Source: an uncultured Clostridium sp.
GTDB taxonomy: Bacteria; Bacillota; Clostridia; TANB77; CAG-508
Direction of reading: 5' to 3'
DNA: 64,000 bases
Assembly (NCBI GenBank): GCA_948473335.1
Contig: CAOKXF010000001.1
Location: 137,379-201,378, forward strand
Shown here: positions 38,529-48,886 of the stretch, piece after piece
Position numbering within the stretch: position 1 is the stretch's first letter
Layout of the letters: every line of letters starts with the position of its first letter
Position numbers and translations under genes: made by a program
The notes under the pieces: generated by a model
The model's database searches: none
Told to the model about the DNA's origin: nothing
The model's input: the letters and a program-made list of their open reading frames with translations, nothing else

Positions 38529-38969
38529 ATGAACACATTTTTATTAATGATAACAAGTAAGTATATATATATTCCTATAATATTATGGGTTTGTATACAA
38601 ACATTTAAAGTAATATGGGAATTAATAAAAACAAAAAAATTTAATTTCAAGAGAATAATGGGAGCTGGAGGAATGCCAAGCTCTCATTCAGCAGTAGTTG
38701 TTGCATTAGCAACAATGATAGGAAGATATGAGGGAGTTCAGACTTCCATGTTTGCACTATCATTAATTTTCGCATTTGTAGTCATGTACGATGCGGCAGG
38801 TGTAAGAAGAGCAGCAGGAAAACAAGCAACGATATTAAATAAAATAGTTCAGACACCAGGATTATCCACATTAGAAGTTCAAGAAAAGTTAGTAGAAGTA
38901 TTAGGACATACACCAATACAAGTATTTGCAGGAGCTTTAATAGGACTTATAGTTGGAATGTTTGCATAA
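38529..38969 (+). CDS. Divergent PAP2-family membrane protein (DUF212/YuiD-like)
   Basis: GGMPSSHSAVVVALATMIG...MYDAAGVRRAAGKQA is the YuiD-type signature. Confidence 0.7.
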   Translation: MNTFLLMITSKYIYIPIILWVCIQTFKVIWELIKTKKFNFKRIMGAGGMPSSHSAVVVALATMIGRYEGVQTSMFALSLIFAFVVMYDAAGVRRAAGKQATILNKIVQTPGLSTLEVQEKLVEVLGHTPIQVFAGALIGLIVGMFA

Positions 38970-39106
38970 TTTATATAATATTGGAATAATAATTCGTCTA
39001 TTTGAAATATAAAACTATCACTAAAATATGAGATGAGTTAAAAGGTAATTTGGTGCTTTTCTCAGACTAGGGTTAGAAGAGGCGAAGAAAGGAATGATAA
39101 GTATTT

Positions 39107-40768
39107 ATGGAAGATATAGAAATAGCAAGAAGTGTAAAATTAAATAGAATAGAAGAAATAGCAAAAAGAGCTGGAATTGATGAAGAAAATTTAGAATTAT
39201 ATGGAAAATATAAAGCAAAAATAACTGAAGAAGAAATAAAAAGGGTAGAAAAAAATAAAGATGGTAAGTTAATATTAGTAACTGCAATGAGTCCAACTCC
39301 ATTAGGAGAAGGAAAAACGACTATATCTATTGCAATAGCAGATGGATTATCAAGATTAGGAAAAAAAACAATACTTGCATTAAGGGAACCATCATTAGGA
39401 CCAGTTTTTGGGATAAAAGGAGGAGCAACAGGAGGAGGAAGAGCACAAGTTGCACCAATGGAGGACATTAATTTGCACTTTACAGGAGACATACATGCTA
39501 TAACATCAGCAAATAACTTATTATCAGCAGTAATAGATAACCATATTTATTATGGTAATGAATTACAAATAGAAAAGGTAACATGGAAAAGATGTGTAGA
39601 CTTAAATGATAGGCAATTAAGAACAGTAGAGACAGGACTATCAGGAGAAAAAAATATAGTTCCTAGAACAGATGGTTTTGATATAACTGTAGCATCAGAA
39701 ATTATGGCAATATTATGTTTGTCAAAAAATATAGAAGATTTAAAAGAAAAACTAGGAAATATTATAATAGGATTTAATAAAGAGGGAGTACCAGTTTATG
39801 CCAAAGATTTAAAAGTAGAAGGAAGTATGGCAGTGCTACTAAAAGATGCATTAAATCCAAATTTAGTACAAACATTAGAACATACACCTTGTATAATACA
39901 TGGAGGACCATTTGCTAATATAGCACATGGATGTAATAGTATAAGAGCGACAAAATTAGGAATGAAATTAGCTGACTATGCAATAACTGAAGCTGGATTT
40001 GGAGCGGACTTGGGAGCAGAAAAATTCATTGATATAAAATGCAGAAAAGCAAAAATAAAACCAGATGCAGTGGTGTGTGTAGCAACAATAAAAGCATTAA
40101 AATATCATGGAGGAATAGAAAAAGATAAAATTTTAGAACCAAATGTAGATGCAATAAAGATAGGAATGGAAAATTTATTGAGACATATAGATAATTTAAA
40201 AAATAAATTTGGATTAAATGTGATAGTAGCATTAAATAAATTCTATACAGATACAGAAGACGAAATACAATTGATTAGAGAAACCTTGGCAAAAAAAGAA
40301 GTACAATTAAGTCTAGTTGAAAGTTGGGAAAAAGGTTCAGAGGGAGCAATAGATATAGGAAATAAATTAATAAAATTAGTAGAAGAGCCACAAGACTTTA
40401 GATATGCATATGAATTAGATGACGATATAAAAACAAAAATTAAAAAAATATCATTTAATATATATGGTGCAAACGAAATAGAAATATCTGAACAAGCACA
40501 AAAAGATATAGAAAATATAGAAAATTTAGGATATGGAAAATTACCTATTTGTTTTGCTAAAACACCATTATCATTTTCAGATGATGCAAAAAAAATAAAA
40601 ATAGATGAACCATTTAAGATATATGTAAGGGAAATAAGCTTAAAAGCAGGAGCAGGATTTATAGTAATTATTGCAGGAAAAATAATGACAATGCCAGGAT
40701 TGCCAAAAGTGCCATCAGCTGAAAAGATAGATATTAATGAAAATGGTGATATTGTTGGATTATTCTAA
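39107..40768 (+). CDS. fhs: Formate--tetrahydrofolate ligase
   Basis: TPLGEGKTT P-loop, GGGRAQVAPMEDINLHFTGD and full-length FTHFS similarity. Confidence 0.95.
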   Translation: MEDIEIARSVKLNRIEEIAKRAGIDEENLELYGKYKAKITEEEIKRVEKNKDGKLILVTAMSPTPLGEGKTTISIAIADGLSRLGKKTILALREPSLGPVFGIKGGATGGGRAQVAPMEDINLHFTGDIHAITSANNLLSAVIDNHIYYGNELQIEKVTWKRCVDLNDRQLRTVETGLSGEKNIVPRTDGFDITVASEIMAILCLSKNIEDLKEKLGNIIIGFNKEGVPVYAKDLKVEGSMAVLLKDALNPNLVQTLEHTPCIIHGGPFANIAHGCNSIRATKLGMKLADYAITEAGFGADLGAEKFIDIKCRKAKIKPDAVVCVATIKALKYHGGIEKDKILEPNVDAIKIGMENLLRHIDNLKNKFGLNVIVALNKFYTDTEDEIQLIRETLAKKEVQLSLVESWEKGSEGAIDIGNKLIKLVEEPQDFRYAYELDDDIKTKIKKISFNIYGANEIEISEQAQKDIENIENLGYGKLPICFAKTPLSFSDDAKKIKIDEPFKIYVREISLKAGAGFIVIIAGKIMTMPGLPKVPSAEKIDINENGDIVGLF

Positions 40769-40813
40769 GGAAGTAACACAATTTAGAAGATAGCTAAAAA
40801 AAGGAGGAGACAT

Positions 40814-41635
40814 ATGGAAAAAATAATAGAGATATCAAAACTAGAAGAAATTGCAAAATCAGTAAGAAAAGGAATTGTAGAAGCAGTATATCGTGGAAAA
40901 TCAGGACATCCAGGAGGTTCACTATCAATAGCAGATATAATGACAGTATTATACTTTAATGAAATGAATATAGATGAAAAAAGTCCTAAATGGGAAGAAA
41001 GAGATAGATTAGTATTATCAAAAGGACATTGTTCGCCAGCGTTATATAGTTGTTTGGCACAGAGAGGATATTTTGAAACAAAAGAGTTACAAACATTTAG
41101 AAATATAGAAAGTAAATTACAAGGACATCCAGATATGAATAAAGTAGATGGAGTAGATATGACATCAGGTTCATTAGGACAAGGATTATCAGTAGCAAAT
41201 GGAATGGCAATTGCTGGAAAACTTGATAAAAAGCAATATAGAGTATATGCTATATTAGGAGATGGAGAAATAGAAGAAGGTCAGATATGGGAAGCTGCCA
41301 TGGCATCTAGTAAATATAAATTAGATAATTTATGTGTTATAGTAGATAATAATAACTTACAGATAGATGGGACAATAGAAGAAGTAATGAACTCAAAACC
41401 AATAGATGAAAAATTCCAAAAGTTTGGTTTTGAAACAATCACAATAGATGGACACAATATTTCAGAAATAATGGAAGCTTTTAATAAAGCTAAGGAGATA
41501 AAAGGAAAACCTGCATGTATAATTGCAAAAACAATAAAAGGAAAAGGTGTGTCATTTATGGAAAATCAAGTAGGATGGCATGGAAAAGCACCAAATGATG
41601 AACAATTTAAGCAAGCAATACAAGAGCTAGAATAG
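40814..41635 (+). CDS. Transketolase, N-terminal (TPP-binding) subunit
   Basis: GHPGGSLS, the GDGEIEEGQIWEA TPP-binding motif. Confidence 0.9.
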   Translation: MEKIIEISKLEEIAKSVRKGIVEAVYRGKSGHPGGSLSIADIMTVLYFNEMNIDEKSPKWEERDRLVLSKGHCSPALYSCLAQRGYFETKELQTFRNIESKLQGHPDMNKVDGVDMTSGSLGQGLSVANGMAIAGKLDKKQYRVYAILGDGEIEEGQIWEAAMASSKYKLDNLCVIVDNNNLQIDGTIEEVMNSKPIDEKFQKFGFETITIDGHNISEIMEAFNKAKEIKGKPACIIAKTIKGKGVSFMENQVGWHGKAPNDEQFKQAIQELE

Positions 41636-41803
41636 TAATGATATAGAATGTAATAAAAATTATAATGAATATATAATAAAAGTAATAAATAAATTAAAGC
41701 AAGTATGAGATTAAAATGCAATAAATAAATTAACATAAATGCATGATGAAAAAAGTAATAAAGAAAGGAGGCAGTTAGTTTATTAAACTAACGACTACTA
41801 AGA

Positions 41804-42733
41804 ATGATAGAAAATAAAAAAATAGCAACAAGACAAAGCTATGGAGAAGCATTAAAAGAAATAGGAAAAGAAAATAAAAAAATAGTGGTATTAGATGCAG
41901 ACTTATCAGTAGCAACAAAAACGAGTATATTTGCAAAAGAATTTCCAGAGAGATTCTTTAATATGGGAATTGCAGAGCAAAATATGATAGGAACAGCAGC
42001 AGGACTAGCAACTTGTAATAAGATACCATATGCAAGCACTTTTGCAGTATTTGCAGCAGGAAGAGCATATGATCAAATACGAAATAGCATATGTTATCCT
42101 AAATTAAATGTAAAAATATGTGCAACACATGCAGGGATTACAGTTGGCGAAGATGGAGCAACACATCAAATGATAGAAGATATAAGTATGATGAGAACAT
42201 TGCCTAATATGACAGTAATGTGTACATCAGATGATATCCAAACAAAGTGGGCAGTAAAAGAAATATCAAAATTAGATGGACCAGTTTATTTGAGATTATG
42301 TAGGTTAGGAACACCTATTATATATGATGAAAATCAGAAATTTGAAATAGGAAAAGCTATTCAAATAGGTAATGGAACAGATGCTACAATTTTTACGACA
42401 GGAGTAACTGTATCAGAAGCATTAAAAGCCAAAAAAGAACTTGAGGATAAAAATATAAATGTTAGAATTATTGATTTTCATACAATAAAACCAATAGATA
42501 AAAATATTATTTTAAAGTGTGCACGAGAAACAAAAAAATTAATATCAGTTGAAGACCATAGTATTATAGGAGGATTAGGAACAGCAATTTCAGAGGTGCT
42601 TACAGATGAATATCCTTGTAAACTTACAAGATTAGGAATTCAAGATACTTTTGGTAAATCTGGTTCAGCTGAACAATTAATGCATTATTTTAAAATTGAT
42701 AGTGAAGCAATTATAAGAAATGTTTGTGAGTAA
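41804..42733 (+). CDS. Transketolase, C-terminal (pyrimidine-binding) subunit
   Basis: Pyr-binding and C-terminal domains (FNMGIAEQNMIG..., ATHAGITVGEDGATHQ). The SD AAGGAGG at 41765-41771 is 32 nt from the ATG, with a 19-nt loopless hairpin (41774-41792) in between. Confidence 0.9.
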   Translation: MIENKKIATRQSYGEALKEIGKENKKIVVLDADLSVATKTSIFAKEFPERFFNMGIAEQNMIGTAAGLATCNKIPYASTFAVFAAGRAYDQIRNSICYPKLNVKICATHAGITVGEDGATHQMIEDISMMRTLPNMTVMCTSDDIQTKWAVKEISKLDGPVYLRLCRLGTPIIYDENQKFEIGKAIQIGNGTDATIFTTGVTVSEALKAKKELEDKNINVRIIDFHTIKPIDKNIILKCARETKKLISVEDHSIIGGLGTAISEVLTDEYPCKLTRLGIQDTFGKSGSAEQLMHYFKIDSEAIIRNVCE

Positions 42734-42845
42734 GAATTTAATCATATTACACTTATATTAGCTATTTACTCGTATTATATATTATTAGTAGAGTAGACCA
42801 ATTAAAGATATATATATTATTTTTTAGAGAAGTACTTATTAACAT

Positions 42846-42878
42846 ATGGGCGCAGATATGCGCCTATTAGTAAACAAG
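42846..42878. repeat. Dispersed palindromic element, copy 4 (opposite orientation, right arm diverged)
   Basis: tatgGGCGCagatatGCGCCtattagtaaacaag is the reverse complement of cttgtttactaataggcgcatatctgcgccc. Confidence 0.75.
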
Positions 42879-43012
42879 TATTTTTTTGCATAATGCACTC
42901 AATAATAGTTAAATTACATGTTTTCTAATATGCAAAAAATAACAATAAAAAATAATAAAAAAGTATTGCAAATAACAAGTTTTATTGTTATCATAGAATA
43001 AGAGAATACTAT

Positions 43013-43741
43013 ATGATAAGAAAGGAGACGTATGAGAATTCATACGAAACTAATATGATAGAATTTAGAGATGTAAATAAAATATATAGTACAGGAACAG
43101 AAGCAGTAAAAAATGCAAATTTCACAATAGACAAAGGAGAATTCGCATTTTTAGTAGGAAGTTCAGGAAGTGGAAAATCAACACTAATAAAATTAATATT
43201 AAAAGAAGAAGAGCCAACATCAGGAAATATAATAATAAATGGAAAAGATACAACATTTTTAAAACCCAACAAAGTACCATACTTAAGAAGAAGTATGGGA
43301 GTAGTATTTCAAGACTTCAGATTATTACCTGACAAAACAGTATATGATAATGTAGCATTTGCAATGTATGTAGTAGGAGCAACACCAAGACATATAAGAA
43401 GACAAGTACCAATGGTATTATCATTAGTAGGACTAAGTGCAAAAGCAAAAATGTATCCAAACGAATTATCAGGAGGAGAACAGCAGAGAGTAGCACTAGC
43501 AAGAGCATTAGTAAATAATCCATCAATGCTAATAGCGGACGAGCCCACAGGAAACTTAGATCCAGACACAGCATGGGAAATAATGACACTATTAAATGAT
43601 ATAAATTTAAGAGGGACAACAATAGTAGTAGCAACACATGCTAAAGAAATAGTAGACCAAATGAAGAAAAGGGTTATACAAATTCAAAAAGGCGAAATAA
43701 TCAGAGATGATAAAAAAGGTGGTTATAATTGTGAAGTATAA
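43013..43741 (+). CDS. ftsE: Cell-division ABC transporter ATP-binding protein FtsE
   Basis: Walker A GSSGSGKST, ABC signature LSGGEQQRVALARAL and Walker B LIADEPTGNLD. ftsX follows. Confidence 0.85.
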   Translation: MIRKETYENSYETNMIEFRDVNKIYSTGTEAVKNANFTIDKGEFAFLVGSSGSGKSTLIKLILKEEEPTSGNIIINGKDTTFLKPNKVPYLRRSMGVVFQDFRLLPDKTVYDNVAFAMYVVGATPRHIRRQVPMVLSLVGLSAKAKMYPNELSGGEQQRVALARALVNNPSMLIADEPTGNLDPDTAWEIMTLLNDINLRGTTIVVATHAKEIVDQMKKRVIQIQKGEIIRDDKKGGYNCEV

Positions 43742-44630
43742 TGTATTAAACTATTTAATAGGAGAAGGAATAAGAAGTGTATTCAAAAACAAAAAATCAA
43801 GCATAGTAGCTTTAATGACAATGTGTGCGACTATGTTTATATTTGGTATATTTTTTGCAGCAACACAAAATATAAATGGATTTGTAAATTCAATAAAAGA
43901 AGACCAAATAATACAAGCAAATATAAAAAGAACAGCAACAGATGAAGAAGTAGCACAATTAAAAGAAAATATAGAGAAAATTGAAGGGGTAGCAACTGTA
44001 ACATTAAGAACAAAAGAAGAATATTTAGCATCATTAAAAGAAAGTATGAAAGAAAAAGCATATTTATTTGAAGATTACGAAAAAAACAATATATTTTCAG
44101 ATGCGTACATAATAACATTCAAGAATCTAGAACAAATCGAAGAAATACAAGCACAAGTAGCAAAACTAGATAATGTAAATAGTATAGCAGATGCAAATAA
44201 AGAGGTAAGCATACTACTTAATGTAGCAAAAGGAATAAAAATAGTAACATTTGGATTATTAATATTATTAATAGTAATTTCAGTAGTAATAATATCAAAC
44301 ACAATAAAACTAACAGTATATGCAAGAAGAAGAGAAATATCAATAATGAAATATGTAGGAGCAACAAACAATTTTATAAGATTTCCATTTATAATAGAAG
44401 GAATAATAATAGGAATTATATCAGGAGCATTAACGATTTTACTAGTAGGAGGAGCATATAATGTATTAATGTCCCAAATGATGAATTCAGTAACATTACA
44501 AAGAATGGGATTAGAGTTAGTAAGATTTTCAGATATGTTCAATTTATTAGTAACAGTATACTTAATATTAGGAATAGGAATAGGAATATTAGGAAGTACA
44601 AGATCTATGAAAAAGTATCTAGAAGTATAA
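43731..44630 (+). CDS. ftsX: Cell-division ABC transporter permease FtsX
   Basis: FtsX topology with four TM segments and a large extracellular loop. GTG start after an AAAGGTGG SD, overlapping the ftsE stop. Confidence 0.8.
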   Translation: MKYNVLNYLIGEGIRSVFKNKKSSIVALMTMCATMFIFGIFFAATQNINGFVNSIKEDQIIQANIKRTATDEEVAQLKENIEKIEGVATVTLRTKEEYLASLKESMKEKAYLFEDYEKNNIFSDAYIITFKNLEQIEEIQAQVAKLDNVNSIADANKEVSILLNVAKGIKIVTFGLLILLIVISVVIISNTIKLTVYARRREISIMKYVGATNNFIRFPFIIEGIIIGIISGALTILLVGGAYNVLMSQMMNSVTLQRMGLELVRFSDMFNLLVTVYLILGIGIGILGSTRSMKKYLEV

Positions 44631-44733
44631 ATTAAAGTATAGGACAATACAATATAAAAAACTAAACATAGAATGACATATAAATGGGAAACAAAAAACA
44701 TTACAAACAATATAGTAGAAAGGTAGAGGGGAA

Positions 44734-45909
44734 ATGCGTAAAGTTTTATGTAGTATATTAATAATAGCATTATTAGGCTATTGTATAAATATATATGCAC
44801 AAGCTGAAAACACGATACCAAAGGAAACAGAAGAAAAAAAGCAATTAGAGGAATTACAAGTAGAAAATCAAGAATTACAAAAACAAATCGAAGAAAATAT
44901 AAATCATTTAGAAATAGTTCAAGAAGAATTAACACAAAATTTGGTACAAATACAAGGAATAGACGAAGAAATAGCAAAATCAGAAGAAAGCTTAAGTGCA
45001 TTAAATAAAGAAGTAGAGGAATTTAATACAAAAATAAAAAACGTAGAAAATGAATTAAAAGAAAAACAAAGAGAATATGATGCACAAAAGAAGCTAACAG
45101 ATGAAAGAATGATTGCAATATGCGAGCAAGGTGAATTACAGTATTTAGATATATTATTAGGTTCAACAAATATAATAGACTTCGTATCAAAATATTATCT
45201 AGTATCACAAATATATGAAAATGATTTACAGCTTTTAGAAAAAGCAAATAGTCAAAAAAAAGAAATTGAAGCAAAAACAGAAGAATTGCAAAAGCAAAAA
45301 GACATATTAAGTGAAAAAAAGAAGGAACAACAGAAAGATGAGCAATTACTAGAAAATACAAAAACAGCAAGGCAAATACAAATGGCAAAATTATCACAAG
45401 AAGAGCAAAATATTCAATTAAAGATAGATGAATACAAGACACAAGTAACATCAATAGAAAATGAAATAAGAGCATTAGCGATAGTGGAGGCATTTGGAGA
45501 AGACTATGTGGGAGAAGAAATGATATGGCCAACACCAGGATATACAAGAATAACATCACAATTTGGAATGAGGACACATCCAATAACAGGATTATATAGA
45601 TTACATACAGGAACAGATGTAGGTGCACCAGTAGGAACAGATTTTCTAGCAATGGCAAGTGGAGTAGTAGTAAAAGCAGAATATAATCTAGCTTATGGTA
45701 ATATGATAATAATAGACCATGGAGGAGGAGTACAAACATTATATGCACATGGTTCTGAGATTATTGCAAAAATAGGGCAAACAATTAAACAAGGAGACCC
45801 TGTACTAAAGGTAGGTTCAACAGGATATTCAACAGGTCCACATGCACATTTTGAAATAAGAATAAATGGAAATCCAGTGGATCCATTAAATTATGTAAAA
45901 CCAAATTAA
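44734..45909 (+). CDS. Coiled-coil M23-family peptidoglycan DD-metalloendopeptidase (EnvC-like, FtsEX-associated)
   Basis: Signal peptide, long coiled coil, and a C-terminal M23 domain with HTGTDVGAP...GNMIIIDHGGGVQTLYAH...GPHAHFE zinc ligands. Confidence 0.75.
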   Translation: MRKVLCSILIIALLGYCINIYAQAENTIPKETEEKKQLEELQVENQELQKQIEENINHLEIVQEELTQNLVQIQGIDEEIAKSEESLSALNKEVEEFNTKIKNVENELKEKQREYDAQKKLTDERMIAICEQGELQYLDILLGSTNIIDFVSKYYLVSQIYENDLQLLEKANSQKKEIEAKTEELQKQKDILSEKKKEQQKDEQLLENTKTARQIQMAKLSQEEQNIQLKIDEYKTQVTSIENEIRALAIVEAFGEDYVGEEMIWPTPGYTRITSQFGMRTHPITGLYRLHTGTDVGAPVGTDFLAMASGVVVKAEYNLAYGNMIIIDHGGGVQTLYAHGSEIIAKIGQTIKQGDPVLKVGSTGYSTGPHAHFEIRINGNPVDPLNYVKPN

Positions 45910-45922
45910 TATAAGAAAAATG

Positions 45923-45966
45923 TTAACAGTTTCAAAAAGGTTAATCCGTAAGAAACTGTTAATTTT
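45923..45966 (+). terminator. Intrinsic terminator after the first M23 peptidase gene
   Basis: ttaacagtttc/gaaactgttaa stem followed by a T-run. Confidence 0.6.
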
Positions 45967-46096
45967 AATAGTATACGAAAATAAAAACAAGAATATGAAA
46001 AAAAAATCCAAAAACTATTGATTAAAATCAATTAATATAGTAAAATATATAATGTAAATGATAACAAATTTTACCAAAAAAGGAAGGAATTAATAA

Positions 46097-47353
46097 ATGA
46101 AAAAAGTAATTGGAATTTTAATAATACTAATTTTAATGGTACAAACAAATTTATCAATTGCAGCAACAAACAAAGAATTAGAAGATCAAAAAAATAATAT
46201 AAAAAAGCAACAAGAACAAGAAGCAAACAAATCAGAACAATTACAAGATGATATAGAAGAAGTACAAGCAAAAAAATCAGAAACACTAAAAGGAATAGAA
46301 AACTTAATGAATCAAATATCATCATATGAGACAGAGATAAATGATTTACAAGATAAAATAGATGAATTACAAAACCAAATAAATGATGCAGAGGTAGAAA
46401 TAAAATTAAAGGAAGCACAATATACTAAGGAAAAGCAACTTTTAGATGATAGGTTATTAGCAATATGTGAGCAAGGAGAAACAAGATATTTAGATATTTT
46501 ATTAACATCAGAAAGTCTAATAGACTTTATATCAAAATATAATATAATATCTGAATTTGTACAGAGTGATACAGAATTATTAGAATCAATAGAAGTACAG
46601 AGAAAAGAAATAGAACAGGGAAAAGCAAAATTAGAAAATGATAAAACAGAGTTAGATACAGCACAATCATCATTAGAGTCAAAGAATTCAGAACTAAAAA
46701 AGGCAAAATCACAAAAAGATTCACAAGTTAAGAAATTAAATGCAGAAGAAAAAGAATTACAAAAAGAATTAGAAGAAAGTGAAAAAAAGCAAAAGGAAGC
46801 AAACAAAGCAATTGAGAAAATAAATGAACAAATAAGAAAAAATAATGAGAATAGCAATGTAACAAATATAGCAGGAAAACCAAGTAGTAGTGGATATATA
46901 TTTCCAGTAGCAGGTTTAAGCAAAAGCAACATAAACAATAAAAATTATCCATCATATGCAGGACACACAGGAGTTGATATCAATTTAAATGTTGTAGGGA
47001 AAAGTGTAGTTGCAGTAAAAGATGGAACAGTAGTAATATCAGAAGCAATAAAAGGTTCTATCAAAAATTATGATTCGAAAGGAAATTATATAGGATCATA
47101 TAGTAGTTATGGAGAATATATAGTAATAGACCACCATGATGGAACAATGACATTATATGGACATATGAAACCAGGTTCAAGAAAAGTATCAGTAGGGCAA
47201 AAAGTAAAACAAGGTCAAGTAATAGGAACTGTTGGAAACACAGGAAATTGTCAGCCAAGACCAACACCATCACATCCTTTAAATGGAACACACTTACATT
47301 TTGAAGTAAGAATAAATGCTAAACCAGTAAATCCATTACCATATTTACCATAA
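46097..47353 (+). CDS. Second coiled-coil M23-family peptidase, a paralogue of the preceding gene
   Basis: Same architecture. It shares the conserved DDRLLAICEQGETRYLDILL block (compare DERMIAICEQGELQYLDILL in the first copy). M23 motifs HTGVDIN...HFE are present. Confidence 0.75.
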   Translation: MKKVIGILIILILMVQTNLSIAATNKELEDQKNNIKKQQEQEANKSEQLQDDIEEVQAKKSETLKGIENLMNQISSYETEINDLQDKIDELQNQINDAEVEIKLKEAQYTKEKQLLDDRLLAICEQGETRYLDILLTSESLIDFISKYNIISEFVQSDTELLESIEVQRKEIEQGKAKLENDKTELDTAQSSLESKNSELKKAKSQKDSQVKKLNAEEKELQKELEESEKKQKEANKAIEKINEQIRKNNENSNVTNIAGKPSSSGYIFPVAGLSKSNINNKNYPSYAGHTGVDINLNVVGKSVVAVKDGTVVISEAIKGSIKNYDSKGNYIGSYSSYGEYIVIDHHDGTMTLYGHMKPGSRKVSVGQKVKQGQVIGTVGNTGNCQPRPTPSHPLNGTHLHFEVRINAKPVNPLPYLP

Positions 47354-47416
47354 TATTACATAATTATAAACATATAGATAAAAAAATTAAAGAACATATA
47401 GAATAAAATAACATAT

Positions 47417-47442
47417 GAAAATTGCACTTATGTGCAATTTTC
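47417..47442 (+). terminator. Intrinsic terminator after the second M23 gene
   Basis: gaaaattgcac/gtgcaattttc stem. Confidence 0.6.
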
Positions 47443-47490
47443 TAAAAGTTAAAAGAACATTTAACTTAATGAAAGGAAGATTAAGAAAAA

Positions 47491-48720
47491 ATGGACGAAG
47501 AAAATAACAAAGGTCATAAAATTTATAAAGTATTAATGTTAATAGTAGTTACAGCATTTGTAACATTTGTACTAACAAGTATAGGATTTTATCAATATTA
47601 TTCACATAACAATGGAAGCATTCTAGGGATAGAACCATCACAAAATAATTCAAAAGTAGTAAAAGAATTAGAAAAAATTATGACAGTAATAGATAAGAGC
47701 TTTTTAGGAGAAATAAAAGAAGAACAACTAATAGAAGGAACTATAAAAGGATATGTAAATGGACTAGGAGATAAGTATACAGAATATATTTCAAAAGAAG
47801 ATATGGAAGACTATACAAATCAAATTATGGGTAATTATGTTGGAGTAGGAATATACATGATAACAAACGAAGAAAAGAATCTAATCCAAGTATTATCACC
47901 TATAAGAGAAAGTCCAGCAGAAAAAGCAGGAATATTGCCAGGAGATTTAATAACAAAAGTAGATGGAGTAGAATATACAGGAGACCAAATGACAGCAGCT
48001 TCTAATAAGATAAAAGGAGAAGCTGGAACAAAAGTAAAAATAGAAATCTCTAGAGGAGATAATAAATTAGAATTTGAATTAACAAGGTCAGAAATTCATA
48101 TGAATCCAATAACAACAAAAGTAGTAGGAGAAAACAAAAAAATAGGATATATGGAAGTTCTAAGTTTTGATGATGGAACAGCAGAAGATTTCAAAAATAA
48201 ATTTGAACAAATAAAGTCAGAAAATATAGAAAGTCTAATAATAGATTTACGAAATAATGGTGGGGGATTAGTAACAGAGGCATTAGATATAGCAGACTAT
48301 ATTGTAGAAAAAGGAAATACTCTATTAATAACAGTTAATAAAAATGATAAAGAAGAAATAGAAAAGTCAAAAAATAAACCTATAGTAAATATGCCAATAA
48401 TAATATTAGTAAATGAGAATACAGCAAGTGCATCTGAGATATTAGCAGGAGCATTAAGAGATAATAATAAAGCAAAAATTGTAGGAACAAAAACATATGG
48501 AAAAGGTGTAATTCAACAATTAATGAAGTTAAGTAATGGAAGTGGATTAAAAGTAACAATTGAAGAATATTTTACACCAAACAAAAATAAGATTAATGGA
48601 GTGGGAATAGAACCAGATGAAATAGTTGAATTACCAGATACAGTTGAAAATATTCTTTTAGTGAAAGAAGAGGAAGATACTCAGTTACAAAAAGCAGTAG
48701 ATATCTTAGAAAATAAATAA
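47491..48720 (+). CDS. ctpA: Carboxyl-terminal processing protease (S41 family)
   Basis: N-terminal TM segment, PDZ domain (GILPGDLITKVDG), S41 catalytic region (NENTASASEILAGAL, GTKTYGKG). Confidence 0.85.
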   Translation: MDEENNKGHKIYKVLMLIVVTAFVTFVLTSIGFYQYYSHNNGSILGIEPSQNNSKVVKELEKIMTVIDKSFLGEIKEEQLIEGTIKGYVNGLGDKYTEYISKEDMEDYTNQIMGNYVGVGIYMITNEEKNLIQVLSPIRESPAEKAGILPGDLITKVDGVEYTGDQMTAASNKIKGEAGTKVKIEISRGDNKLEFELTRSEIHMNPITTKVVGENKKIGYMEVLSFDDGTAEDFKNKFEQIKSENIESLIIDLRNNGGGLVTEALDIADYIVEKGNTLLITVNKNDKEEIEKSKNKPIVNMPIIILVNENTASASEILAGALRDNNKAKIVGTKTYGKGVIQQLMKLSNGSGLKVTIEEYFTPNKNKINGVGIEPDEIVELPDTVENILLVKEEEDTQLQKAVDILENK

Positions 48721-48886
48721 GTTAACAAATACATTTTAAGAATATATTGTATTAAAAGATATGATTTTCAATAGTGTGTATAATCATTTCTTAAAAATTG
48801 ACTATAATTAAAAAATATAGCAAAAAAGCGGACTTTAAATTATCAAATGTCCGTTTTTGAGGTTTATAAATGGAGGAATTGAAAAA

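Noticed and set aside
38970-39106. Possible ZTP (pfl) or THF riboswitch upstream of fhs. ZTP riboswitches often regulate formate-THF ligase
   Set aside because: No CCUGGGCA-type pseudoknot 3' element or ACUGGCG/GGGUGGA core could be found. The 137-nt spacer has only weak, non-specific pairing potential
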